DNA from: Paramoeba atlantica
Taxonomy: Eukaryota > Protista > Discosea
Assembly: GCA_977017575.1 (NCBI GenBank)
Contig: CDRNVI010000059.1
Span: 1-64,000 of the forward strand
Reading direction: 5' to 3'
DNA: 64,000 bases
The notes under the pieces are model-generated. The model had not been told where the DNA came from. It was given only the letters and a program-made list of their open reading frames with translations, and searched no databases. Below, piece after piece: positions 20,967 to 31,989 of the stretch (position 1 is its first letter; each line of letters begins with the position of its first letter). Made by a program: the position numbers and the translations under genes.

Positions 20967-23552
20967 ATGAAATTGTCGCTTTATGTTGCTTTTTGTATTT
21001 TGGTGCCAGATTTTGGCTGCACGATCTTCGCTGCACGACAAAAAGTTTTACACGGCTTCGCGATTTCTAAATTCTATACTCGGATGCTAAAATATACACA
21101 CGAATGTTCAAGCACCGCAAATTTACGTGCAGTCCATCCGTTTTCTATTTCTTTTCAGACTCCACTCATTCTCCTTTCCTTGGATACATTTCCTTTCCCT
21201 TTCCCTTTCACCCACCCTTATACCCCCCCACCTACCTCCATGCCGGTCCTCCGATTCCCCCCCCTTGTTCCGCTCAAAACCGCCTCCCCCCCTCTACCCC
21301 CCCTCCCCCTCCCCTTCCGCCTCCTCGCCCGCCCCTACCACACCCTCATCGACACCTCCTTCGTCGGGTCCCCCGTCCCCGCGGCCGCCCTCCCCCCCTC
21401 CCCGACCCTCCACGCGGTCTGCCACAGTATCCTCCACGCCTACCGCACCCTGCTGCGGCTCAACCCCCGGGACTACTCCCCCCTCCTCCCCACGCTCTAC
21501 CGTAACATGGGGGGCGCCGTCGAGTACGAGTCCCAGGACTACTACGGCGGCTACCGCGAGGTCCACCACGTGATGCTCGAGCGCTGGTGGGACTACCAAG
21601 GCCGACTGTGTTGTGCCGATCAAATTGCAAAGCTCCCGATGGGGCTCCTGGTCGATACCGCACTCGCGTTGGATTATGCCAGTCGACTGACCAAGGGGTT
21701 GAGTCGCCCCACGTGGCTCCCGGAACGCAGGAGGCACCGTCCCCGACTGGAGGGGTTTGTGCAAGCCATTGTGGAGGTGGGGGGATTGGAGGGGAGAAGG
21801 GGGGAGGCGATGGAGGAGCTGCGACCGGAGCAAAAAACGGATTTTGAGTCGTTGTGTATGAAATGTGGCGTGGTACCGATGCAATGGGGGGGAGAGGGGT
21901 GTGGGGGGGAAGGGGAAGGATCATCTCCAGCGCACGCTCGGGCGATGTTACGGAACGTGGGCAGCGGGATTTCCAAATGGGGGAGTGTCGCGCGAGTGGA
22001 CGTGCTAACGAGAGCGGTCGCGGATGTGGGAAACCTCGCGCTCTCGGACGTGTGCCTTGTGTTGGAGAGTCTCGCCCACGTGCCGCGGCGTGTACGTCGG
22101 CCTTTTCTGGATCCATTGCTGAGACGTGCGAAACAAATCTTGTACCGCCCGCGAGGGACTGTTGCCCGGTGGGGATCCGAGACATTGCCTGCGGTGCGTC
22201 AGTGGCGGGTACAGCACGAGGGGGAGGATCAACAGAGTTCCACGCCGTTGCTCCCGCGAGCATTCTCCCGGCACGGAGACTACACCGTCACTGGTTCCCA
22301 CCCGGCGGAGATTTTGAGGCTCGTGACGGCGCTCGCCGCGCTTGAGTTGCCGCAGGAGAAAGTTTTCGCCGAGGAACTTTTGCACGTTGTAAAGCAGGGT
22401 GACAGCGTGACGTCACGATCTGGCGCCGGGGAGGTGCCACGGGCGCTGCGCGCGATCGCACTGCTGACTCGCTCGGAAAGTTCGCGTCAGAGCTTGGAAG
22501 AAACGTTGCTGCATTTGGAGTACGCTGTCACACCACATATTTCGATGCTGCAGTTACCGCAGTTGTGTGAGCTTGTGGAAAATTGGGCCACGGTCGAACA
22601 CCACCCACAATGTCTTTCGCGTCTGTATAGTGCCCTGAGTAAATTGGTAAGCAGTATGACGTTCTTGCAAATACTCGCGGTACTGAAAGGAGTAGCTTTC
22701 TTACAGGGCGATGCCGCCGTACTACTGGCACAGATCGGGTCAGCATTAACTCAAAAAAAGTTTAAGATAGAGCAATGCGACATGTCTGATCTTTTCCGTT
22801 CTTTATCAAAGTTGCCGTACCGTAATTTACAAAACGGTGTGGTATCTTGGATCAAAGACTTTTTATCCTCTGGTGTTGAACCGAATGGACATGTACGGCT
22901 CTCCGTACCCCTATGTGTATTGTACCTCAATAGTCTGCTTCTCGCAGAGAGATTCGTAACTGATCCCAAATTGGATGCTCACGTCGTTGGCCATCTAAAG
23001 GCGGACATTGCCGATATAATGCAGCACGACGCGATGTACATGAATGCTCTTTTCCGCGTGACATTAGTCCATTGCGTAAAGAATAGAGAACTTAGTGAAA
23101 TTCTTCACTTTTTGTTGAGGAATCGAAAGCGTCTCAGTGATGATCTATTTTCATATGAGTCGTCATTATCCCTTATGGAAATTTTAAAAGAACCAAACAC
23201 AGAGAAATTTCATGCAGATGCCATTTCATTTCTTCAACACACACTCGAAAAATCTCCGATATCACTAGCTACAAAAAGCGGATGTGCACTACTAGAACAA
23301 ATATGCTTGTACCACTCTACACACACCATTTCACCAGATATTCGATATGTTGTCACTAAGAAACTAACGAAGCACATGGATTATATGGCAAAGGTCCGTC
23401 CCGCAGAATTTAATTTTCCATCGGCACATAAAAGGAGAATACTCCTTTTAAATAACGCTACAAAGGAAAAAATAGAACTATTTCTTATGTCCGTAATTTC
23501 CAAGCTAAACGCTGCGGACAATTTCGAAAGAACTGAATTAAAAATAGTTTAG
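20967..23552 (+). CDS. Hypothetical alpha-helical-repeat protein; true start may be MPVLRF at about 21240
   Basis: Long open frame; leucine-rich helical segments; pyrimidine tract upstream of 21240. Confidence 0.7.
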   Translation: MKLSLYVAFCILVPDFGCTIFAARQKVLHGFAISKFYTRMLKYTHECSSTANLRAVHPFSISFQTPLILLSLDTFPFPFPFTHPYTPPPTSMPVLRFPPLVPLKTASPPLPPLPLPFRLLARPYHTLIDTSFVGSPVPAAALPPSPTLHAVCHSILHAYRTLLRLNPRDYSPLLPTLYRNMGGAVEYESQDYYGGYREVHHVMLERWWDYQGRLCCADQIAKLPMGLLVDTALALDYASRLTKGLSRPTWLPERRRHRPRLEGFVQAIVEVGGLEGRRGEAMEELRPEQKTDFESLCMKCGVVPMQWGGEGCGGEGEGSSPAHARAMLRNVGSGISKWGSVARVDVLTRAVADVGNLALSDVCLVLESLAHVPRRVRRPFLDPLLRRAKQILYRPRGTVARWGSETLPAVRQWRVQHEGEDQQSSTPLLPRAFSRHGDYTVTGSHPAEILRLVTALAALELPQEKVFAEELLHVVKQGDSVTSRSGAGEVPRALRAIALLTRSESSRQSLEETLLHLEYAVTPHISMLQLPQLCELVENWATVEHHPQCLSRLYSALSKLVSSMTFLQILAVLKGVAFLQGDAAVLLAQIGSALTQKKFKIEQCDMSDLFRSLSKLPYRNLQNGVVSWIKDFLSSGVEPNGHVRLSVPLCVLYLNSLLLAERFVTDPKLDAHVVGHLKADIADIMQHDAMYMNALFRVTLVHCVKNRELSEILHFLLRNRKRLSDDLFSYESSLSLMEILKEPNTEKFHADAISFLQHTLEKSPISLATKSGCALLEQICLYHSTHTISPDIRYVVTKKLTKHMDYMAKVRPAEFNFPSAHKRRILLLNNATKEKIELFLMSVISKLNAADNFERTELKIV

Positions 23553-23648
23553 CTCTGAAATCCACACCAAGGGGCCACACGGGACGTACAGTGCAGAGGA
23601 TATTGCGGTGGTTGTTTAACTAACGCTTTAATTAATTTCTAGCTCATT

Positions 23649-24445
23649 TCAAAATGTAAAAAAAATAAAAATATCTTGTATTTTTTTTCGACGAAAAATA
23701 TAAATCCGCATAGGCGGAGCTTTCTGCCTTTTTGCCGTAGCGACGACGACTTCCTCGCATGGGAAGCTGTAAGGAGCCCTAGGATCTGCTAGGAAACTAC
23801 GGAATTGGGAGGAGGAAAGGATAAGGGCTCGCTGGAGAACTTGGGATCTGCGATCTTCCATATCACGGGAGATATCACCCGAGACAGTGACCCACTCTTT
23901 GCGATGATTCACGGCGCCGTGACGCCATTCATGGTTCAAGCATTTGCTTGCGCCGGCGCAGTCGGTGTAGATTTGGCAACGGGAGTTCTTGGCCAGGTGG
24001 CGTACGTGCGGCGTCATCGTTGCAGCATCTGTGCTCTCCAGGTATCTCACGAAGATTTTTTTCATTGGATAATGAATACAACCATGTTCATTGGGTATTT
24101 CGTCGCAGTGAACCAAAGTATGATACCAGGATGATCCGTCTCATCGGATTCTTTTGCCGCGCCCACACCCCATACGCTTAATTCGCGAAACACAGATTTC
24201 GTCTTTCTGCATGAATAAGACGGTACCTTTCGCAGCATCAAAGCGCATGTCGTGTGCGATGCCCACATCAAATTCGAAGAACTGGAATAGCTTGACAACG
24301 GTGATTCTGCTGAGTGTGGTCTCGCGCAATATCTGCTGCAAAGATAGGCCTTCAATCAGTCCATACAACACCATCAGGGTGTCTTTTAGACTTCCTTTAC
24401 TCTGTAGATTTAACAAAGGCTCCATCGAGCTGTAGCGTGCGCGAC
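23649..24445 (-). mobile_element. Merlin/IS1595 (ISXO2-like) transposase pseudogene
   Basis: FMQKDEIC..GRGKR, IYTDCAG, HGAVNHRKEWV; frameshifted; close paralogue of 36660-37523. Confidence 0.85.
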
Positions 24446-24470
24446 ATTCTAGGGCCCCCGCGCGGCCAAA

Positions 24471-24583
24471 ATGGGTACTAAAGTTTGTTATCAAGGTAGT
24501 TGGGCTTCGCAAATTGCTTCCCACGAATGGGTACTAAAATTTGTTATCAAGGTAGTTGGGCTTCGCAAATTGCTTCCCACGAA
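24471..24583. repeat. 56-bp tandem duplication at the truncated 5' end of the Merlin copy
   Basis: ATGGGTACTAAA(G/A)TTTGTTATCAAGGTAGTTGGGCTTCGCAAATTGCTTCCCACGA x2; its tail recurs near 36153-36178. Confidence 0.85.
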
Positions 24584-25310
24584 TCTAGAGAGAAGCACCC
24601 GTACAATAATTGCACGATTTTTGCTTCCGTTTGTAAGTCAAGGACTTGCACAAGTCAAGGACTTTTGTGGAACACCCAAGATTTTTTTTTTGGTTTTCAT
24701 TTTCCATGCGCCAAGCAAGCCCGGTCCGTGAGCTAGCTTATGAGTATACACTGCCGCCAAAAATTATTGAATTTTTAATTGGTGTCGAAACCGGACAACT
24801 TTTAATTTAAAATTTAATAATTTTTGTGCCAATAATTTTTGTAGAAATGTGTACATGCGCAAATCTTGGGCTGTGGGAAATTAAGCGCCCGTCGTAGTGT
24901 TTTCACGTTCTTATTGACTACCGTGGGTTGGCGGGTTGCTCGTCTCATGGCCTTCGTCAGGTGGAGTGAAATGGTGCGAGGGTGCAACAAAGAATTCAGG
25001 GTTCCAACAGAGAATTTATCATTGTACTCTTATTGGTAGATAAAAGCAATGCATGTATTAAAACAATGCAGCTAATGTTGCGTACAAAGGTGAATAACAA
25101 AAAAGAGCGCGCGTTAAAATATTTCATTTTAATATCTAGTGCGGGGACAAAGTGTAGACCGATAGAACAAAACATGGAAAAAACCCCACAAAATATCAGC
25201 ATAAAATCTGAGTAAATGTTATTGCGCACTTTCACAATTCAATACCATCAGAAAATTCAATACAATCAAAAATATTTTGGAGGTGCTCATCAAAGGGGGA
25301 GTCACAGCAA

Positions 25311-26090
25311 CTAAACTTTAGGACCGATTCCGTACGATGAGAGAGGAGTAAACGTCAGACTTTGAGCGGATTTATAGCGCTCCTTTTGTCTTCGCGTCAT
25401 TCCACGAAGTCGCTGGCGTAGATTCGTGATATCTTCAGCCTCTCGTCTCTGGAGTTCCAGTTCTTCAGTTGAGAGTACCTTACAAGGTCGGCCGCGTTTT
25501 CGCTTTTCTCCAGGTGCGCTTCTTTCGATTGTGGCACTTGCTGTCGAATTTTCGTTCTCTTCTATTATATTGATGTCCCCTTCTGCGTTCCCAATGGATG
25601 AGGTGTTAATTTCGTCGGAACCTTCATCATCCAAGAAAATCGCACCACTAGACGTATGTAAATGAGTTTGCAAATGCTTGTAGGCATCGAGACGTGACGG
25701 TCGGTTTTTTTTGCTGCCAAATAACACCACTGGAATTTCGGTTATTTCCCAGGAGGCCATAATCTGAGCTTGGGGAAGTTCTTGCATAGCCTGCACAATG
25801 TACGACACTTTTTTCTCTCGGCAAAGTGTTCGCGATGTGCAAATAACGTTGGAGATGGCTGAATTGAGGTCGGAACGCGCAAAGATGCGGGATACATCAT
25901 CGTTGTAGAGCTGAATAGCGCGTTGTTTTAGGCCAGAGATTACAAACTGATCTGCAGGTTGAAAGACATGCGTCATTTTCTTGGGAATACGAACTACGTA
26001 GCAAGAAGAACCAAGGAGAATCTCATCAGTACCACTATGCTGAGTGGCTTCATCAATAATCAAAAGGGCGGGGGCAGCGGGCTTCTTCAT
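25311..26090 (-). mobile_element. pogo/Tigger-type (DDE_1) transposase C-terminal fragment, DD33D
   Basis: LLIIDEATQH...IPKKMTHVFQPADQFVISGLK. Confidence 0.75.
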
Positions 26091-26419
26091 AGCTTCACGT
26101 TCGGAGGGCTTCCTCGACTACTAGTTCCATATCCCCGGTGCAAGCTTCGGATGGAGAACGAATTAGAAACAACAACCTAACAAGGATATATAAGAAATAG
26201 TAAAATATCCATGTAATTATAGAACACAAATCATATTTTGAAGAAATTATGTGCCCCGAAGGGCCAGCAGGCAAATACATAACAGCCCCTCGGCTAAATT
26301 TCAAAACGTGGACTATTAGTACCAGCATTCACCATGCACACACATAATTTCTTTCGTGTCATGGTGCTTTATATTATGGCACCACACTCGTTGTGCACCC
26401 AATTTGTGATTGCTTCGGA

Positions 26420-26950
26420 ACAGCACATTCACATGCATAAAATTTTAGGCACGGATTTCAACTTTTTCGAAAAGTTGGTGCGGGGTGCTATGGAAGCTCA
26501 CCTTTACTCCCGGTGAGGCCCCGGAGTTGCGAGAGGCCTCCATACCCCACAACTACCATCTTCCCCCCCTATTTAGCGGGGGACCACTCGCACACTGATA
26601 ATGCATAAAACTCGCACACTGATAATGCATAAAACTCGCACACTGATAATGCATATTGGCACACTGATAATGCATATTGATAATGCATATGTGAATGTGC
26701 TAATATGCATCTGAATGTGCTATATGCATTATCAATGTGCTATATGCAATATCAGTGTGCTATATGCATTATCAGTGTGCTATATGCATTATCAATGTGC
26801 CGCCTAGTATGCATTATCAATGTGCGGGCGCCTTCTGGACCTCTTTGCGAAAATCATTTCGCCAAGTCGGATCTCCGTAGAAGTTTACTGGGAGCGCCCG
26901 TGCGGGAGCCACCCCCCTAAGTAAGAACTAAGTAAGAAACTAAGTAAGAC
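26420..26950. repeat. About 530-bp dispersed repeat, near-identical to 50255-50790
   Basis: GC-rich module GGAAGCTCACC...TAGCGGGGG followed by ATGCAT minisatellite and TAAGTAAGAAC repeats. Confidence 0.9.
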
Positions 26951-26977
26951 TAGAAAGAAAACTACAACGCCGAAAAA

Positions 26978-27240
26978 GTTTCCACCAGTGGGGGCCATGT
27001 TCAACAGGACGGGAAGTTTACCGTGTTCTGCCAACCCAGTGCGGCGGCACTTGTGAGCTGCTCCGTTTCCGGCCTGGCCCGGTTCAGTGCACGTTACACG
27101 CAGGGCAACCTCTGCGCTACCGCAGATTCTCCCCGGTACCACACTGTAAGGGAGGCGGCGAACTTCCCGTCCATTAAGAACAGGTGCCACGGCGAATCCT
27201 TATTTCGCTGCCCAAAGGGTGACAGGTTTGGAACCCCAGC
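26978..27240 (-). ncRNA. 7SL (SRP) RNA
   Basis: Minus-strand helix 8 CCAGGCCGGAAACGGAGCAGC (27057-27077), long-range helix GGACGGGAAGTT/AACTTCCCGTCC, CTGTCAC Alu-loop-like motif near the 5' end, T-run terminator, start 96 bp upstream of a divergent tRNA-Lys. Confidence 0.85.
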
Positions 27241-27335
27241 TAGCTCGATAGCAATTTCGCCGTGTTTATTACTATTCAATAATTGTTGATTTCCCTTGCA
27301 AATTTCCATATATAGGTTGGCAGTAGTGATCACGT

Positions 27336-27407
27336 GCCCGTTTAGCTCAGTGGAAGAGCGCCAGACTTTTAATCTGGTGGCCGTGGGTTCGATCCCCACA
27401 GCGGGTG
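27336..27407 (+). tRNA. tRNA-Lys(UUU)
   Basis: Cloverleaf, anticodon loop CTTTTAA, GGTTCGATCC T-arm. Confidence 0.95.
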
Positions 27408-27464
27408 TTTTAGGTGATTGTAAGCTGCACCGGATTTTCCTGAACAAAATTTGAATCATGAAAA

Positions 27465-27536
27465 TGGACGGGTGGGGGATCGAACCCCAGGCCTTTCGAA
27501 TGCAAATCGAACGCTCTACCACTGAGCTACACGCCC
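27465..27536 (-). tRNA. tRNA-Ala(UGC)
   Basis: Minus-strand cloverleaf, anticodon TGC, G3:U70 pair. Confidence 0.95.
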
Positions 27537-27608
27537 GACTTTTATCTATCGTTTTCGAAAGTATTCGATAAAGATTGACACATACGCCCGCTATATTGCC
27601 TGTATAGC

Positions 27609-27680
27609 GCTCCTATAGTGTAGCGGTAATCACATCGGACTCTGAATCCGATAACCCTGGTTCGAGTCCAGGTAGGAGTG
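27609..27680 (+). tRNA. tRNA-Gln(CUG)
   Basis: Cloverleaf, anticodon loop CTCTGAA. Confidence 0.95.
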
Positions 27681-27735
27681 TTTTCAAGACACAGAAGCAA
27701 TTTGATTTGCCCAGTACTTTGCGTGTTACCCAGTC

Positions 27736-27808
27736 AGCACGGTGGCGCAGCGGTCAGCGCGGTGGGCTCATAACCCACAGGTCGTAGGATCGAAACCTAC
27801 CCGTGCTA
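27736..27808 (+). tRNA. Initiator tRNA-Met(CAU)
   Basis: A1:U72, GGG/CCC anticodon stem, GATCGAAA T-loop. Confidence 0.95.
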
Positions 27809-27883
27809 CTTTTGAGCTTCGTCAAAAGTTCTGTCTTTTAGCCTAGACCAAATACACGTTTACGATTTTTCTGTTTTAGTCGC

Positions 27884-27971
27884 CTCGTTAAACACGGTGG
27901 TTGTTTTCAACTTAGAAGTTGAACACATGCTGCGCGCCTCGCCTTGAAAACTAGCTCCGCGCATAACGAAG
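27884..27971. repeat. About 87-bp hairpin mini-element; inverted copy at 29386-29472, partial copy at about 14459-14495
   Basis: Arms CTTCGTTAAACGCGGTGGT.GTTTTCAA / TTGAAAAC..CCACCGCGTTTAACGAAG. Confidence 0.75.
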
Positions 27972-28221
27972 CGACTAAAAAAGAAAAAGTAGCTTCGAAA
28001 CCGGAAGGCTTTGAGCCAAAATTAGCTGATTTTCGGTACGTTGGATGAGTACTCATCGAAACGACTAGGTGACTTGGATGAGTACTTTTCCAAGACACTA
28101 TATTACCAACGGTTGACTCCTCTGTACGATTGTGTGTTTTCCTATGCTAATCTTATCTTATATGACCGATAAATCGGTTGAGACACTGAATATATTCATA
28201 CTCTCATAAAACACTCTGGCA

Positions 28222-28287
28222 AAGTTACCCTACGTTGTATAAGTTACCCTACGTTGTATAAGTTACCCTACGTTGTATAAGTTACCA
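28222..28287. repeat. 19-bp tandem repeat AAGTTACCCTACGTTGTAT, about 3.5 units
   Basis: Direct reading. Confidence 0.9.
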
Positions 28288-28790
28288 TAAATTGTATATG
28301 CTAAATTTTCAATTTGGTCCCTTTATATGACTTCGATGGAAAATGCAAGTTCAGTGATATGATACCAAATTGGGACTGTAAACTATTCTTTGCTTACCTT
28401 CCCCTTTGCTATGATCCTATTATAAGCACGTTCGACAGGGTATAAAATTGTCAGTTTTTGTCGAAAACACTTTAGAAAATGGGGGCCACACTTACGTTCC
28501 GCTCGTATACTCATCTTCTCATTAATTTCTATAAATGCCATTACTAATTTTTCTGAAAAAATTTAAAGATTTTCAAAAAATTATGTTTTTGAAGAAAACA
28601 AACAGGAAAAGCTAGGATAGAGGGAGAACACCGCAAAAAAATTTGACCCTGACTTCCGACAAGGGCCTTGGATCTCACGTTCCGCGATAGCTTATCGCAG
28701 AAAAATAGCGTTTTTCCACTAGGCAGGATCATTTATCAGGACTTTTCGCCTAACCATTCTCATTAATTTCTATAAATATAAATATACTGT

Positions 28791-28945
28791 GCCCCCCCTA
28801 GTTATCTGTCACACGCCACCCCCCCCCCCTAGTTATCTGTCACACGCCGCCCCCCCCCTAGTTATCTGTCACTTTTTGGCACTTCGAATTTTCGAAGTGA
28901 CTGAAGAATTTTCTTCGACTACCCCCCCCTAGTTATCTGTCACTT
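28791..28945. repeat. Dispersed array of CCCCCTAGTTATCTGTCA; further copies at 29095-29160
   Basis: Direct reading; probable TE subterminal motifs. Confidence 0.75.
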
Positions 28946-30025
28946 TTTAAAAATAGGTAAAATACTTTTCGCCAGGAATAATCATAAAATGAAACTTATA
29001 TTTTTTCTTTGTGTTTCAAGCGAATGGTCATGCGTGGTGCTATTATAAACCGTTTCTGTAATTACATTTTATGACTCTTTTTTGTGACAGACCCCCTCGC
29101 TAGTTATCTGTCGCACACTGATCCTCCTAGTTATCTTTCACACCCCTACCCCCTAGTTATATGTCTATATGTCTATGTTTGTGTCGAAAGAATGGTATGG
29201 TTGGAGTCGCATTCTCCACCCAATACGTTCGGTAGGCTTTCATTCATGCCTACGAGTGATTTCCCATGCGCAAATGTCGGATTTAGTGCTCTGAAAAAAA
29301 AACCCAAAAATGACCCCATTTTTACCCGAAATTCGGCTATTTTGGCTATAATCTTTCCGTTTTCCAGGCTAATTTTTTTTAGGCTCTTCGTTAAACGCGG
29401 TGGTAGTTTTCAACGCGAAGCGCGCAGCATGAGTGACTTCTAAATTGAAAACAACCACCGCGTTTAACGAAGCTAGGTACACCCCCGTTCCCCTGTTTTG
29501 CCCGGTATTATGTGATAAAAAAAGTTTCTATTTGGGCCTAAAGAGTGGTTTTTCGGCATAATTAGGTGATGCCCTACCAGGGAAAAATATGCCTATAGTT
29601 AAACAGCATGCGATAAACGTGGGAGGAAGGGCAAAAATCTGAGAATTTGCTCATCTGGGCAGTGAAAAAAATCCTGTGAAACTTTTCAAAAAATCTCATC
29701 TTCAAGTAAAATAACTCGGTTTGATAGGAAAGGCAGATCCGAGGAGTCTGCAGGCCATCCTGGGAGAGTGTGAGAGCCTCCTCTTTGGTTTAGGTGGGGG
29801 AGATTTCATCATCAAAGCTCGTGTCTTTTCACAAGACGTGTCATTTCTGAAAGAAGAACATCGAAAAGAAAAAGATTTTTTTTTTTTTTGAAAATTTTGT
29901 CAAAGGCAGACGCGGTTTTCACAGAGATGCAAATACTTAAACATGTTCCTCTGAACTAAAACTTGCAGAAAATTGCATAATTTCTATCTAAATACTAAAG
30001 TGGATGAAAGATTCACTGTAGTATT

Positions 30026-30700
30026 TCAGTAAGGGATCTTCTTTCCTCCATACAAAATAACCATTTCCATTCGTTTTTTAAAAGTACGGTGCAGTTTATA
30101 ACATTCCTTCCGACAAGCAGGAGACTTCAAGTATCGATCGCATACTTCCTTTATTTCACTCACGGTATTTGGTCTATGTTTATTCTTGTACAGCTTGAGA
30201 ATACTCCAGAGATTTTCTATTGGGTTTAGATCCGGGGAGTCTGCTGGCCATCTTGGGAGAGTCTGAGCACTCTTCACCTCTTTACAAAGCCGCAGAGCCT
30301 CAACCCGGGGATGAGATTTCCACCAGGCGATTGTTAGTATGGCCTTGTGCCCAGGCGCGTTATCGTCCATAAAAATTTTGTTTCCTATCTTCTCCCACGG
30401 AAGATACGTCTTTTGCAAAATGCAACTTCGATAATACAATGTTCCGAGCCCTTTGTTTGGAGGAATTTCTTCTTGACCCCCGTTTCGAGTATATTCGTCG
30501 TAAAAAGATTTGAATTCACACCAGTGATGGAGGAAATTCCCGTCGACATCCATAGCGCCCCATAACATTATTTGAGGTGGATGGTCCGTGCGGGATTTGG
30601 ATACTGGGGAATCCGGGTGTTGCCAGGTTTTTCTGGATGAGTCACCGGCCTGTATCATAACCTCGTCAGAAAAAGTGTGAAGTCGTGATGTGTTCGACAA
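30026..30700 (-). mobile_element. Tc1/IS630-superfamily transposase catalytic domain with DD48E spacing
   Basis: TFSDE, IMLWGAM, FMDDNAPGH, WPADSPDLNPIENLW; 48 residues between the second D and E; an acidic upstream ORF 30666-31238 overlaps in another frame. Confidence 0.85.
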
Positions 30701-31689
30701 GATTCACTTCCACTCCTGCTGCATGAGAAGTCGTAATGAGGTCAATCAGGTTCATTTGCTCCCCTGTTTGCTCCATAGGGGGTTCCGAATTTAGCATCCT
30801 AGTCACGAATGATTCAAAAGATTCACCTTCCTCCCTCATATGACCTAGGGAAGCTGCATACGCTTCGACGCCCTTTTCTTCGCTCCAGTTGTCCTCAACA
30901 ATCGAGGAAGTACAAGATACGTCGTCACTTTCTGTATCAGAAAAGTCGGATGCTAAGAGAGGAAGGTCTGGAGGATTTCCGACAGGAGGAGAAGCAACCA
31001 CAGGTGAAACGAAGAATGTTAAATCACCCTCGACAGGAGTATCAGGTGGTACCGAAGAAGAGGAAACAGAAAGATGAAGCTCTGAGGAGATGAAAGAATC
31101 TGATAGTGGAGGGGTCAAGGTAGGCAACGCATCCTGATCTCGGTCGCATAAAAAACATCTCCCGCTCTGAAGTTGGATCAATTCGCCAGAGCGAACTAAA
31201 TCTTCAAGGGATAAAGAACTTGGGTGACGATTGTGCATTACTAGTAAGAAATATTATTAATAAAACGAAGGAGTCTTAAAAACGCAGTATTGTTCATAGA
31301 ATAAATAATCAGGACATTTCAAAAGAGAAATGGAAGATAGAAGTATACATAAATTGTGGTAAAATAACCTAAAAAAACAAAAAAAAATGCAATTTGTTAC
31401 TGAAAAACGTGGAAAAAACGAACCTTTTTTTCTCAGTCACCACAGCTGAAACAAGGGGTGAAAAACGCATTTTTTACACGCTCTGGCGAATCATCTACGT
31501 ACTTTGCTGAAAAAATTATTCGAAAAGCTCATCTCGTGCGATCAATCAATTGCGGGCAAAAAAGTGGAACAGGGGTGTATATGTTGCCATAGAGCTTCCG
31601 ACTCAATCGGCTTTGTAACAAAAGTGTGATCGTATGCAAGTAAAGAAAAACATGTGAACAGTTTTTTTGCAATTTCGAGGTAAGATCCT

Positions 31690-31989
31690 GGCACTATCAG
31701 GCCACCACACTCAATGGTACCTTGGGCAGTACACTCATCTAGACCTTCGCCCAAAATTTTATACCCCTATTTAGTTCGAACATTTTGAAAAGATATGCCC
31801 GTTTTTTTCATTGCTACGCATTTAGAACAGAAACGTATTTGTTCTGTATTTGATATTTCAATAGATCCGTCGCAGGCGATGTACATACTCCGGTGGTAGA
31901 ACAAAAAATTGTGTGTATAAAATTTTGGGCGAAGGTTTAGATGAGTGTACTGCCCAAGGTACCATTGAGTGTGGTGGCCTGATAGTGCC
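31690..31989. mobile_element. 300-bp MITE with about 75-bp TIRs
   Basis: GGCACTATCAGGCCACCACACTCAATGGTACC... and its reverse complement; inserted into sequence that recurs inverted at 38000-38110. Confidence 0.85.

Noticed and set aside
19003-22385. Numerous antisense and alternative-frame ORFs within TOP1 and the 861-aa gene
   Set aside because: Expected in GC-rich, stop-poor coding DNA.
23617-23630. AACTAACGCT (and AACTAACGC on minus at about 62812-62820) as SL 5' ends
   Set aside because: Too short, no CAGTTTCTGTA core follows, and it differs from the SL variant at 9625.
27023-27522. ORFs over the tRNA/7SL cluster
   Set aside because: Antisense or overlapping readings of RNA genes.
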